Source: a virus
Taxonomy: Duplodnaviria > Caudoviricetes
Virus record (IMG/VR): IMGVR_UViG_3300040736_000022
Coordinates: 1 to 34,987 of that record
DNA: 34,987 nt
Strand: one strand, 5' to 3'
Each line of letters begins with the position of its first letter. Position 1 is the first letter of the stretch. The notes beneath the pieces are model-generated. The model made no database searches, was not told the origin of the DNA, and worked only from the letters and a program-made list of their open reading frames with translations. The position numbers were made by a program, and so were the translations under genes. Below, one piece after another: positions 1 through 7,229 of the stretch.

Positions 1-55
1 ACGGCAGTTGGAATTTTTCGATCTCGCTGCGCCACACGAACCAGTATGCCCATCG
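1..55. repeat. Terminal direct repeat (55 bp), identical to 34933-34987; circular assembly overlap
   Basis: ACGGCAGTTGGAATTTTTCG...CAGTATGCCCATCG occurs at both ends; an ORF continues in frame across the join. Confidence 0.97.
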
Positions 56-718
56 CTGATTGCGGCGACGATCCAAGCCCAGACTATGATAGCCATAGAT
101 CCGCCCGCGCTGGATATTATGCAGGATGGTTCCGGGATCACAGCCGAGATAATTCGCCGCCTGACGGGTGGTCCACCACTCATCCCCCCAGCGCTCCTGG
201 GCCAGCTCTACCAGCCGGCGATAATGTGGAATCGTTATATTTTTCACTTTAAAGTAGACCCAGCTGGTCGGTTTGATCAACCAGCGCTTGAACACCTCGA
301 TCTGCACGCGCCGTTTCAGCGGCCCGGACGGGTCGTATGGGAATGCCTCGCCCTGAATAATCCCCCGATCAACCCAATTCGGCGGCGCGTGGTTGTCCAC
401 CCCGAGTATTTTTGCGAGCTGATTGCAGGATATGTATCTAGGTGCATGCCTGGGAGAGATCGCTCCGATCCGCTTCGAGCGGATATGCACCGCCGTCAGT
501 GTACGTCCCAGCTGACTGCCGATTTCGTCGAGTGACATATACGGCCGGTTTTCCCTGAGGAACTGGTCCTCCTCTGGCGTCCATTTTGGCATACGAGCCG
601 CCTTAGTTTCTATGATTGCACGATTTACCGCTCCCTGAGCGGCGAGCCACTGCAACGGTTTCTCTGCCGTTTCGATATCCCCAACTATCAAATCGATCAC
701 CTGATCCAAACCACTCAT
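1..718 (-). CDS. 5' part of a junction-spanning multi-HTH DNA-binding protein (about 324 aa in total, continues at 34932-34676)
   Basis: Hand translation from ATG 718 (TAATG overlap with the parB stop): MSGLDQVIDL...PKWTPEEDQFLRENRPYMSLDEIGSQLGRT (Myb-like)...WWTTRQAANYLGCDPGTI...WFVWRSEIEKFQLP, open to base 1; absent from the ORF track. Confidence 0.85.
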   Translation of the reverse strand, partial: MSGLDQVIDLIVGDIETAEKPLQWLAAQGAVNRAIIETKAARMPKWTPEEDQFLRENRPYMSLDEIGSQLGRTLTAVHIRSKRIGAISPRHAPRYISCNQLAKILGVDNHAPPNWVDRGIIQGEAFPYDPSGPLKRRVQIEVFKRWLIKPTSWVYFKVKNITIPHYRRLVELAQERWGDEWWTTRQAANYLGCDPGTILHNIQRGRIYGYHSLGLDRRRNQRWAYWFVWRSEIEKFQLP

Positions 719-1575
719 TAGTTGGCTCTCCCGATCATCGCTGCCAGCATCTGAGGCAGCGGACATAATTTGCAGATCACCTCGCTGGCCTGGTCGCACC
801 AGGAGCATTGCCGGCAGGTATCTCTAGTGGATATCTCTACCAGGATCCACGGCGGCAACTTCCCGATCTGTGTCAGCGCGTCCCACCGCTGGCGATTGAT
901 CGGCTCGCGCCTGGTCGCCATATGCACTGCCGGGACCGGGTGACGCGGCGCTTTATCGGCTGCTATGTGATCATTCAATCTCACGCAGGCCTCTACGATC
1001 GCCTTGACCGTCATGCGCCGAGCCGCGGCTCGATCAGCCAGTTGTTGGCGTGTCTCTGGTTCCTCAATGCTTAATAATGCATTGGTGGACCGCTCATCTT
1101 TCGGCAACCGTCCGCTGATTATATGCGCCTGGATCGATTCGTCCAGCTCGAGCAGTTTCAGCCGGCTGTTGACCCGCGGCTGGCTGATTCCGATCGTACG
1201 TACGATCTGCGAAACAGTCATGCCGTGCTCATCGATCATCTGTTGATATGCATGGCCCTCCTCGACGGGATTCAAATCGGCGCGCTGGATGTTGGCTACC
1301 ATCGCCCGGACCAACCGATCACGACTGCCTGCCCCATTCAACCCTCGCTCAATATATGCCGGGATGGTCGTTTTTCCGGCCAGCTTAGATGCACGCCAGC
1401 GCCGCTCGCCGTCGTGCAAAATGTAGAAACCGTTATCAGCCCGCTCGACCGTGACCGGCTGGATTACTCCATGCTCGGCGATCGATTCGGATAGCTGCTC
1501 CAGATCTGCCTCATCAAAAATTGTCCGCGGCTGGTCCGGATTCGGTAAAATTCGATCAATCGGTATTTCCATCAT
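718..1575 (-). CDS. parB: ParB/RepB/Spo0J family protein with a C-terminal Cys cluster
   Basis: PNPDQPR, GVIQPV, DGERRWRA, ANIQRADLNPVEE motifs and HTH; start MMEIPI follows a GAGG RBS and overlaps the upstream stop. Confidence 0.9.
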   Translation of the reverse strand: MMEIPIDRILPNPDQPRTIFDEADLEQLSESIAEHGVIQPVTVERADNGFYILHDGERRWRASKLAGKTTIPAYIERGLNGAGSRDRLVRAMVANIQRADLNPVEEGHAYQQMIDEHGMTVSQIVRTIGISQPRVNSRLKLLELDESIQAHIISGRLPKDERSTNALLSIEEPETRQQLADRAAARRMTVKAIVEACVRLNDHIAADKAPRHPVPAVHMATRREPINRQRWDALTQIGKLPPWILVEISTRDTCRQCSWCDQASEVICKLCPLPQMLAAMIGRAN

Positions 1576-1838
1576 CCCTCCTCGAACAGCTCGACAGAAT
1601 CGCCCGCCACCATCCGGCACGTGCGGCACGGCGCGATCTCCGGCTCGCTCTCTCGCGATAGCCCGTTTTTGTGATAAAAATACGCCTGCATCGCCAGATA
1701 GATCTCACCCGGTCCCGCGTGATTTCGCATCAGCGCGGTCCATTTGTCACGGAGACGTTTCCCCTCGTTGCACAGCAGGAGCGTGTACGTCCTCGCCCCT
1801 ACCCTGATTTTTTGATTATCGCTCCCACTCATCGTCAC
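1572..1838 (-). CDS. Hypothetical phage protein (C-terminal CxxC)
   Basis: Overlaps both neighbours; GGAGG RBS. Confidence 0.7.
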   Translation of the reverse strand: MTMSGSDNQKIRVGARTYTLLLCNEGKRLRDKWTALMRNHAGPGEIYLAMQAYFYHKNGLSRESEPEIAPCRTCRMVAGDSVELFEEG

Positions 1839-2572
1839 CTCCGCCGTCCTACTAGCGCCTCATAATCTCCAGCCTCTAATAGAGAGGCTTGCCGCCGCCA
1901 TTTATCCAAATCTCGCTGCTGTTGTTCCTCGATTGTCAGCGGCCGCTGACAATTCGCCAGGCGGTATAGGAAAATCCCCCCGCCGCGGCCTTCGCCCAGC
2001 TGCTCGAGCACATCACGCGCCAGCTGCATAAGAGCATCTTCCGGCCAACCAGACGCTACAACATCCGGAAATTTCGCCCGGAAAACGCCAACCCTCTCGA
2101 GCAGATCCGCCAGCTCCTCCGAGATTTCACCACACCGCCCGTTATCTCCGTTCCCGTCCAGATTTTTGGATTTCCGTCCAGATTTTTGGACTCCATGGGC
2201 AGTTAATGATTCATTAACATGAAGAAGAGGGTCCTGGTTAATAGATTCTTCTTCATTAAGCGAATCCAGGAATTTAGACGGATCATGGGCCGCATCCGAA
2301 AATCGGACGGTTAAGCCGCCAAATCGAGCGGAACTGAACAGCAGCCAGCCCGTAGCTCTCAAAATGGCCAGGTGCCCGTAGATCGTCGCCCTGGATTTTC
2401 CTGTCAATTCAATCAAACTAGCCATGCCGATATCGAATAACTCTGATCGCCCCCAGGCCAACCCGCGCAGCTGGATATAGGTGTCGCGCACCGCAGGTGA
2501 CAGGCGCTGGTCATAGACCAGGCCTGCCGGGATATTGACATAACGCGGGGGCAAAACAGGGCGTTGGCTCAT
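1835..2572 (-). CDS. Putative phage replication initiator (N-terminal winged HTH)
   Basis: N-terminal HTH (LIELTGKSRATIYGHLAILRATGWL), central linker carrying DNA iterons, early operon position. Confidence 0.65.
   Translation of the reverse strand: MSQRPVLPPRYVNIPAGLVYDQRLSPAVRDTYIQLRGLAWGRSELFDIGMASLIELTGKSRATIYGHLAILRATGWLLFSSARFGGLTVRFSDAAHDPSKFLDSLNEEESINQDPLLHVNESLTAHGVQKSGRKSKNLDGNGDNGRCGEISEELADLLERVGVFRAKFPDVVASGWPEDALMQLARDVLEQLGEGRGGGIFLYRLANCQRPLTIEEQQQRDLDKWRRQASLLEAGDYEALVGRRR
2154..2279. repeat. Iteron-like repeats and AT-rich palindrome, putative replication origin
   Basis: CCGTCCAGATTTTTGGA at 2154 and 2174, a degenerate copy TCCAGGAATTTAGA near 2264, and GTTAATGA-T-TCATTAAC at 2202-2218. 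Confidence 0.6.
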
Positions 2573-2679
2573 TCTTTTTTATCGGGATTCAACCAACTGG
2601 CTAGCTGCAGAAACCAGAAAATTAACCCGAATATAAACGCCCCTCCCAGGCAGCATAGACAGGATAATATTTCTTTCAT
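2569..2679 (-). CDS. Small single-TM peptide (36 aa)
   Basis: MKEILSCLCCLGGAFIFGLIFWFLQLASWLNPDKKE; ATGA overlaps with both neighbours. Confidence 0.65.
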   Translation of the reverse strand: MKEILSCLCCLGGAFIFGLIFWFLQLASWLNPDKKE

Positions 2680-3065
2680 ATGCCCAACCCCAACTGCCGG
2701 CCCTCACCAAATTGATCCCGGGCAGCTTGATCCATTGCTTTTTTTGTTTCGAGCATGTCATAAATTTTGGCGCCAAATTCAAATTGGATGAATTCTTCAT
2801 ATTCATCCAGGGTAGCCGCCATATAATAGCCGCCACGGTCGCCTGGCATGCTGAGGATTAAATTTCCTTGCCGGCGTAGTTGCCGAATCGCCTCACGGAC
2901 TGAACGCTCAGTCGTGCGGAATCCGACCAGAGCGCAGTCTGTGACGATCCTGCCGCGAGGTACTGGATTTGCCCGAGTTCCGTTAATGACTATGCGCAAT
3001 ACAGCCCGTTCTAATCCAGGCGGTAGATTTTCGATGGCGTCTAGATATTTAGATTTACGTACCAT
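2676..3065 (-). CDS. Winged-helix DNA-binding phage protein
   Basis: TTERSVREAIRQLRRQGNLILS...GGYY pattern; GGAGG RBS before MVRKSKY. Confidence 0.75.
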   Translation of the reverse strand: MVRKSKYLDAIENLPPGLERAVLRIVINGTRANPVPRGRIVTDCALVGFRTTERSVREAIRQLRRQGNLILSMPGDRGGYYMAATLDEYEEFIQFEFGAKIYDMLETKKAMDQAARDQFGEGRQLGLGI

Positions 3066-3115
3066 GCAACCTCCTGTATAATGGAGGCGTGGGCCACTCC
3101 GGTTCCACACCTCAG

Positions 3116-3151
3116 GTAGATCTGCCGTTACCGCGGCGGATCTACTTTTTT
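3116..3151 (+). terminator. Intrinsic terminator-like hairpin with its T-tract on the plus strand
   Basis: GTAGATCTGCCG-loop-CGGCGGATCTAC followed by TTTTTT. Confidence 0.5.
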
Positions 3152-3179
3152 AGATAGCCGGTTCCCATGTTTATCCTTT

Positions 3180-3461
3180 CTATCTCTTTCTCCCATTCAT
3201 GGTATCGGGCGGGGGTGGGGCGGGCAGGGGTGGGGGCTGCGCTCCAGGCTTGCTCTCTACCAGCACTCCCTCGGGCGTCTGCTCGACGGAGATCGGCAGC
3301 CACTCATGGATCTGCATCACCCCGTTGGCCACCGTGTAGCTCGCCCATCGATGAGGCCTCAGAATGAGCCCCGATCTGGTCACCCGTTGGATTTCGAACG
3401 GACAGCCCTCGATAATAATTTTCGCCCCCTCGCGCAGTCGCAACGATTGATTTTCAGGCAC
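3180..3461 (-). CDS. Hypothetical protein with a Pro-rich C terminus
   Basis: ORF with GGAGG RBS inside the early operon. Confidence 0.65.
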   Translation of the reverse strand: MPENQSLRLREGAKIIIEGCPFEIQRVTRSGLILRPHRWASYTVANGVMQIHEWLPISVEQTPEGVLVESKPGAQPPPLPAPPPPDTMNGRKR

Positions 3462-3488
3462 TAATCCCTCCCTGTTCTGAAGATTTTC

Positions 3489-3686
3489 TTAATCTCTCTT
3501 CATCCATAAACACGTATCGATCAATAACAGGATTCCCAGCGACATCCAAAAATTAATTGTTGAAAAGTCTGTGAGTGGAACTACAACCCATCTCCATAGG
3601 AGCATAAAAAACAACGGTCTAAGCACCAGATTGCCGATTATCCTGGCAATTTTGTGTGGATCAGTTTTCTTAAATATTTGATTCAT
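3489..3686 (-). CDS. Small membrane protein (2 TM)
   Basis: Two hydrophobic segments; AAGGA RBS. Confidence 0.65.
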   Translation of the reverse strand: MNQIFKKTDPHKIARIIGNLVLRPLFFMLLWRWVVVPLTDFSTINFWMSLGILLLIDTCLWMKRD

Positions 3687-3714
3687 TATTTTTCCTTATT
3701 TAAAAAAGTTCATG

Positions 3715-3779
3715 ATGGAGAGGGCGGACTCGAACCGCCGCGAGCTGTAGGGGTCAGCCCGCCGGCCGTGCATCTCCAT
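3715..3779 (-). ncRNA. Degenerate tRNA-like structure
   Basis: T-arm GGCGG-TTCGAGT-CCGCC, acceptor-like ATGGAGA/TCTCCAT, stem GGGCTG-ACCCCTA-CAGCTC; no recognisable D-arm. Confidence 0.45.
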
Positions 3780-3830
3780 GTTAAGGTTCGTTCCCCAACC
3801 CCTCCCCTGCGAGGGGTTGGGGAGAGTTCT

Positions 3831-4088
3831 TTAAGCCCTGGTCATTTTTCGTTTTGCCAGAATCCGCAGCTGCTCGAGCGGGTAGGACCATAACACCCAC
3901 GGTCCACCCTTCCAATGAGCCAGCAGCTCATCCGGCAATGTAACCTTTCGTGGATCGTGAGATATCAAAATACCTCCAATGGATCCGTCTCGCTCTACGA
4001 GCCTGCCCTGCACGACACCAGGCCCATAGGGTGTTTGAACAATGTCGTTGACTTTAATTTTCAAAATTTCGTCAGTCATCGCTCTCAA
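3831..4088 (-). CDS. Hypothetical protein (beta-rich, possibly SH3-like); start may be ATG 4079
   Basis: ORF with GGAGG RBS; KVNDIVQTPYGPGVV pattern. Confidence 0.65.
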   Translation of the reverse strand: MRAMTDEILKIKVNDIVQTPYGPGVVQGRLVERDGSIGGILISHDPRKVTLPDELLAHWKGGPWVLWSYPLEQLRILAKRKMTRA

Positions 4089-4202
4089 CCCTCCTGGGTG
4101 ACGATAATAGGCATTATCATCACCATATAATCAGAACCAATGGGGCTGGGGGGCCTTGCACCCACCCATACGGGGCAAAGGAGGAAAATACCCGTTGGCA
4201 TT

Positions 4203-4541
4203 CTACCGCCCCTTCCAAAATCCCTTTTGATTCGGCCGATCCTCGTCATATGACCCGGGATTAGCCCGGATCTGACGAAGGATATCCGACGCCTGTTTTA
4301 AGCGCAGATCCTCCACCTCGCGGTTCTGAAGCACATCCAGCAGCACCGCGATCGCATCCTCGATGCCGGCGTTGGTCAGATGAGGATTGCGCACACGCCC
4401 ATCGCCCGCGCTGTCCTCGATCTTTTTTAAGCGCCGATTCAGGTCAGTGATTTTTTGGACCTTCTTCCCGGCCTCATATGCTCCATAGACCAAAAGGAGA
4501 CTCATAATGATGAGGACCATACCCGCGATGAGCAATTCCAT
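4203..4541 (-). CDS. Membrane-anchored hypothetical protein
   Basis: N-terminal TM helix then helical region; GGGAG RBS. Confidence 0.7.
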   Translation of the reverse strand: MELLIAGMVLIIMSLLLVYGAYEAGKKVQKITDLNRRLKKIEDSAGDGRVRNPHLTNAGIEDAIAVLLDVLQNREVEDLRLKQASDILRQIRANPGSYDEDRPNQKGFWKGR

Positions 4542-4545
4542 GAAA

Positions 4546-4641
4546 TCAACTCCCGAAGATTATGAAGATCACGCCTAGGACAAAAAGTATGATCGCTGAT
4601 ACCACCAGCAGCGTTACCGAAAAATCCAGCTTTTTTCCCAT
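4546..4641 (-). CDS. Small single-TM peptide (31 aa)
   Basis: MGKKLDFSVTLLVVSAIILFVLGVIFIIFGS with GGAGG RBS. Confidence 0.6.
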   Translation of the reverse strand: MGKKLDFSVTLLVVSAIILFVLGVIFIIFGS

Positions 4642-4698
4642 TCGAGCCTCCACTTTCTGACAGCTATTTCAAAACCTGCTACCATGAATCTATGAAAT

Positions 4699-5682
4699 TT
4701 ACTTTTCCAATCCGAGCATATCCGCCACAGTCTGCCAGGTATTATCCTGCCGGCCCTGGATGGTATGAAGATATATTTGTGTGGTGGAGAGTGAGCTGTG
4801 ATCCAAAAAATCTCGAATTTTTTCCGGCGAATCACCCGCCTCACGGCGCAGAAGCGCTGCTGTATGCCTCAGCGAGTGCACCCGCAAAATCCGATCATTC
4901 AGCCCTGCCTTCCGGGCATAGTATTTGAGACCGCTCCGGACCGTCCCCGCGCCAACCGGCTGCTCGAGGATATTTCCGCGAAAATCGTAGGAGTGAAACA
5001 CATAGCCCGATGAGCGGTTATCCTCGCAGATCGAATAATCCTGGATCGCCTCCATCACGATTTCCGGCAGTTCCTGGACCATTCCCGCTTTCCCCTTGCC
5101 TGTCCAGCGGAACACCAGCCCCGCCGGACGCAGCTCGATATCCTCATAGCGCAGCGTGCGCCATTCCGAGTTTCGCCGCCCGGTCAGCAGGTAGCCCAAA
5201 AACAGCGCATAATCCCGCCGGCCGATCGCGTTTTCAGCTCTGGGGATGGCTCGCAGAAATGCCCTCGCCCCGGCCACATCCATCACGGTGGCCTTGTTGT
5301 ATGGGTTTACCTTGGGCCGCGCCGCCCCGATCACAGGATTATTCGGACAGAGCGGGATCTCCTGACCATCCGGCTGGGTCAGCGTGTAATCCTCTGAGCA
5401 GAATTTGTAGAACGAGCTTACCCCTGACAACCTGGCCACGATGGTGGTATCCGCCACGTTGCGTTTTAAATGCGCGGTCCATCTGGCTATATCGATCCGC
5501 CGTATCTGCCACGGAGCCGCGCCGCAGAATGCCAGCAGCTGGTGAACGGATTGTTCATACAGCCGCCTCGTGTTGGGCGAATCTTGCAATTCCAACCATA
5601 GGCGATGCGCATCATTCCAGAGATCCGCATTCTGCGGATCGCCGCCGTCCGCCACCAGAGGATCAGCAGCAGATAGTGTCAT
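4699..5682 (-). CDS. Tyrosine recombinase (XerC/D-like), in the early lytic operon
   Basis: SAM-like N domain; RDYAL..LTGRRNSE, GKGK, HSLRHT, HSSLSTTQIY catalytic motifs. Confidence 0.92.
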   Translation of the reverse strand: MTLSAADPLVADGGDPQNADLWNDAHRLWLELQDSPNTRRLYEQSVHQLLAFCGAAPWQIRRIDIARWTAHLKRNVADTTIVARLSGVSSFYKFCSEDYTLTQPDGQEIPLCPNNPVIGAARPKVNPYNKATVMDVAGARAFLRAIPRAENAIGRRDYALFLGYLLTGRRNSEWRTLRYEDIELRPAGLVFRWTGKGKAGMVQELPEIVMEAIQDYSICEDNRSSGYVFHSYDFRGNILEQPVGAGTVRSGLKYYARKAGLNDRILRVHSLRHTAALLRREAGDSPEKIRDFLDHSSLSTTQIYLHTIQGRQDNTWQTVADMLGLEK

Positions 5683-5917
5683 GGTTTTGGCAGATCTTGC
5701 TCAGGAACGCATTGGTGACCGCCAGGTCGAACAGCCCGATGTTGGCCAGCGCGGGGATGGTCCGCTGGATCTGCTCGCCGTCATTAAATTCGACGGTCAG
5801 ATCGCCATTTTTTTCCATCCGGGCTGAGCGCAAATTTCGGATCGAGAGCTTGATCCCCCACACGTTCACAAACGGTCCGACCCCAGGGTCGGTTGCATGT
5901 ATGGTCTCTCCGATCAC
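5663..5917 (-). CDS. Hypothetical protein
   Basis: ORF with GAGGAGG RBS, overlapping the recombinase start. Confidence 0.6.
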   Translation of the reverse strand: MIGETIHATDPGVGPFVNVWGIKLSIRNLRSARMEKNGDLTVEFNDGEQIQRTIPALANIGLFDLAVTNAFLSKICQNHDTICC

Positions 5918-5941
5918 AGCACGCCTCCTCGTTCTCGTTGG

Positions 5942-6031
5942 TTATGAAAAAATAGCGGCTAAAATGCCGGCGATTACCGCAAATCCCGCCAGCAGCCAGT
6001 TGGATAAATCCGCTTTAATCGCCTTGAGCAT
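5942..6031 (-). CDS. Small single-TM peptide (29 aa)
   Basis: MLKAIKADLSNWLLAGFAVIAGILAAIFS, directly after the cro stop, GGAGG RBS. Confidence 0.55.
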   Translation of the reverse strand: MLKAIKADLSNWLLAGFAVIAGILAAIFS

Positions 6032-6307
6032 TTATCCCTCCGTTGTTGGTTCGGGCGCAGCCAGCAAAACCGCCAGGCAATCCTCGGCCCACTGCCGCGC
6101 CCAGATCTCTGCGAATGGGCTGCGGGTGATCCGGTTCAGCATGAGCGGGTCAGGGGTATGCTGCCCTTTTGCCCACTGGAAAACACTCTGCCGGCTGATA
6201 TTTTCATCCGCGCCGAGTCCGCTTGCAAATGCTTGCAATGTGCGGGTGACGAGATAATGGCGCGTGATTTTTGCTGTTTTTATCCTTTGTTCTGGGGTCG
6301 TTGGCAT
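6032..6307 (-). CDS. Cro-like HTH regulator
   Basis: TLQAFASGLG..ISRQSVFQWAKG..P HTH; first gene divergent from the repressor. Confidence 0.75.
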   Translation of the reverse strand: MPTTPEQRIKTAKITRHYLVTRTLQAFASGLGADENISRQSVFQWAKGQHTPDPLMLNRITRSPFAEIWARQWAEDCLAVLLAAPEPTTEG

Positions 6308-6351
6308 ATTTGGCTCATTACAAAGATCGTGATAGATAGCTTTGTACTGAG

Positions 6352-6380
6352 ATTATAGCAATCTGCTATAAATTTGTCAA
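6352..6380 (-). promoter_or_regulatory. Early lytic promoter, perfect sigma70/sigmaA consensus, overlapped by a palindromic operator
   Basis: Minus strand TTGACA-17 nt-TATAAT; palindrome TATAGCA-ATC-TGCTATA at 6354-6370. Confidence 0.85.
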
Positions 6381-6415
6381 GTGTATTTAACAAATTGCTT
6401 AAAATTGGTATAGTT

Positions 6416-6850
6416 ATGTTTGTGAAGAGCCCACTCTCAGATTGGTTCGAGAAAGCACTTGTTAAATATCAATATGAAATTGGAGAACGGGTTTCTCTCG
6501 ATGAATTTGCCGAATATTTAGGAATCAGCCAGGGCTATCTCAGCCAGCTGATGAATGGAGCCAGAAAAGGTATGGGCAGAAACACGGCCATCGTGATCTG
6601 CCAGAAATTGAACGATTACTCACTGCTGGATATCCTGGGCTACACCCGCCCTCAGCCGGAAGAGATCCCGATCCCGTTCTCCTCGCTGCCCCCTGAGCTG
6701 CAGTCATTGCTCCGTTCAGCGCTGCTCGAGATCGAGCAGACCCTCAGGACCCGCTCGATCCAGCCCGATTCACCCGAAGGATTGGAAATATCAATATCTA
6801 TAATGAGAAAGTATGGATTTAGTTTCAATTCGATCATTAGCGATGAGTAA
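6416..6850 (+). CDS. CI-like XRE-family repressor without a peptidase S24 domain (start may be GTG 6422)
   Basis: SLDEFAEYLGISQGYLSQLMNG HTH; divergent from cro; short helical C terminus. Confidence 0.85.
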   Translation: MFVKSPLSDWFEKALVKYQYEIGERVSLDEFAEYLGISQGYLSQLMNGARKGMGRNTAIVICQKLNDYSLLDILGYTRPQPEEIPIPFSSLPPELQSLLRSALLEIEQTLRTRSIQPDSPEGLEISISIMRKYGFSFNSIISDE

Positions 6851-6876
6851 CCCTCTATGGTGAACAGCGCCTTCAC
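6652..6876 (-). CDS. Possible SOS-controlled antisense ORF (candidate antirepressor) overlapping the repressor 3' end
   Basis: GTG start with GGAAAGGGG RBS directly downstream of a promoter and LexA-like box; no recognisable protein motif. Confidence 0.35.
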   Translation of the reverse strand: MKALFTIEGYSSLMIELKLNPYFLIIDIDISNPSGESGWIERVLRVCSISSSAERSNDCSSGGSEENGIGISSG

Positions 6877-6891
6877 AAATTACCCCTTTCC

Positions 6892-6937
6892 TAGAATACC
6901 TGTTCTATATCATACAGCGACCCAAGCCGATTTTCAA
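6892..6937 (-). promoter_or_regulatory. Promoter with a LexA-type (GAAC-N4-GTTC-like) box over the start site
   Basis: Minus strand TTGAAA-17 nt-TATGAT then TAGAAC-AGGT-ATTCTA (6892-6907). Confidence 0.7.
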
Positions 6938-7177
6938 TATGCCCGGCTGCAAAACGACCTGCAGTTTTCTGCAATATCCCCTGAGATCATTATATTTTTT
7001 TTGGGGGGGGTACAGTTATCAATTTTGTAATTTCAGCTGTTGAACCTTAACAAATTCAGGCTAATTTTCCTCTCCAAAAATCTAACCGCCGTGCTCACGG
7101 CTATACTCAACCACCGTGCACATGGAATGGTCAAAATACATGGCTATGTGGTCAGAGGTTCGATTTTTGGCTCGGAT

Positions 7178-7224
7178 GGTTCGGGTCCGCGAGGTCGGCG
7201 GTTCAAATCCGCCCGCCCCGACCA
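7178..7224 (+). other. Putative attP core: 3' half of tRNA-Pro(CGG)
   Basis: GG-TTCGGGT-CC anticodon loop, GGCGG-TTCAAAT-CCGCC T-arm, CGCCCCG-ACCA end; 5' half absent; about 200 bp upstream of the integrase. Confidence 0.88.
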
Positions 7225-7229
7225 GCAAG

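Noticed and set aside
8-535. 175-aa plus-strand ORF
   Set aside because: Shadow of the junction-spanning minus-strand gene
5010-6257. 415-aa plus-strand ORF
   Set aside because: Antisense shadow of the recombinase and cro genes; low-complexity P/R/S composition
7150-7224. Complete functional tRNA-Pro gene
   Set aside because: No 5' acceptor strand or D-arm upstream of the anticodon loop; better explained as the attP core
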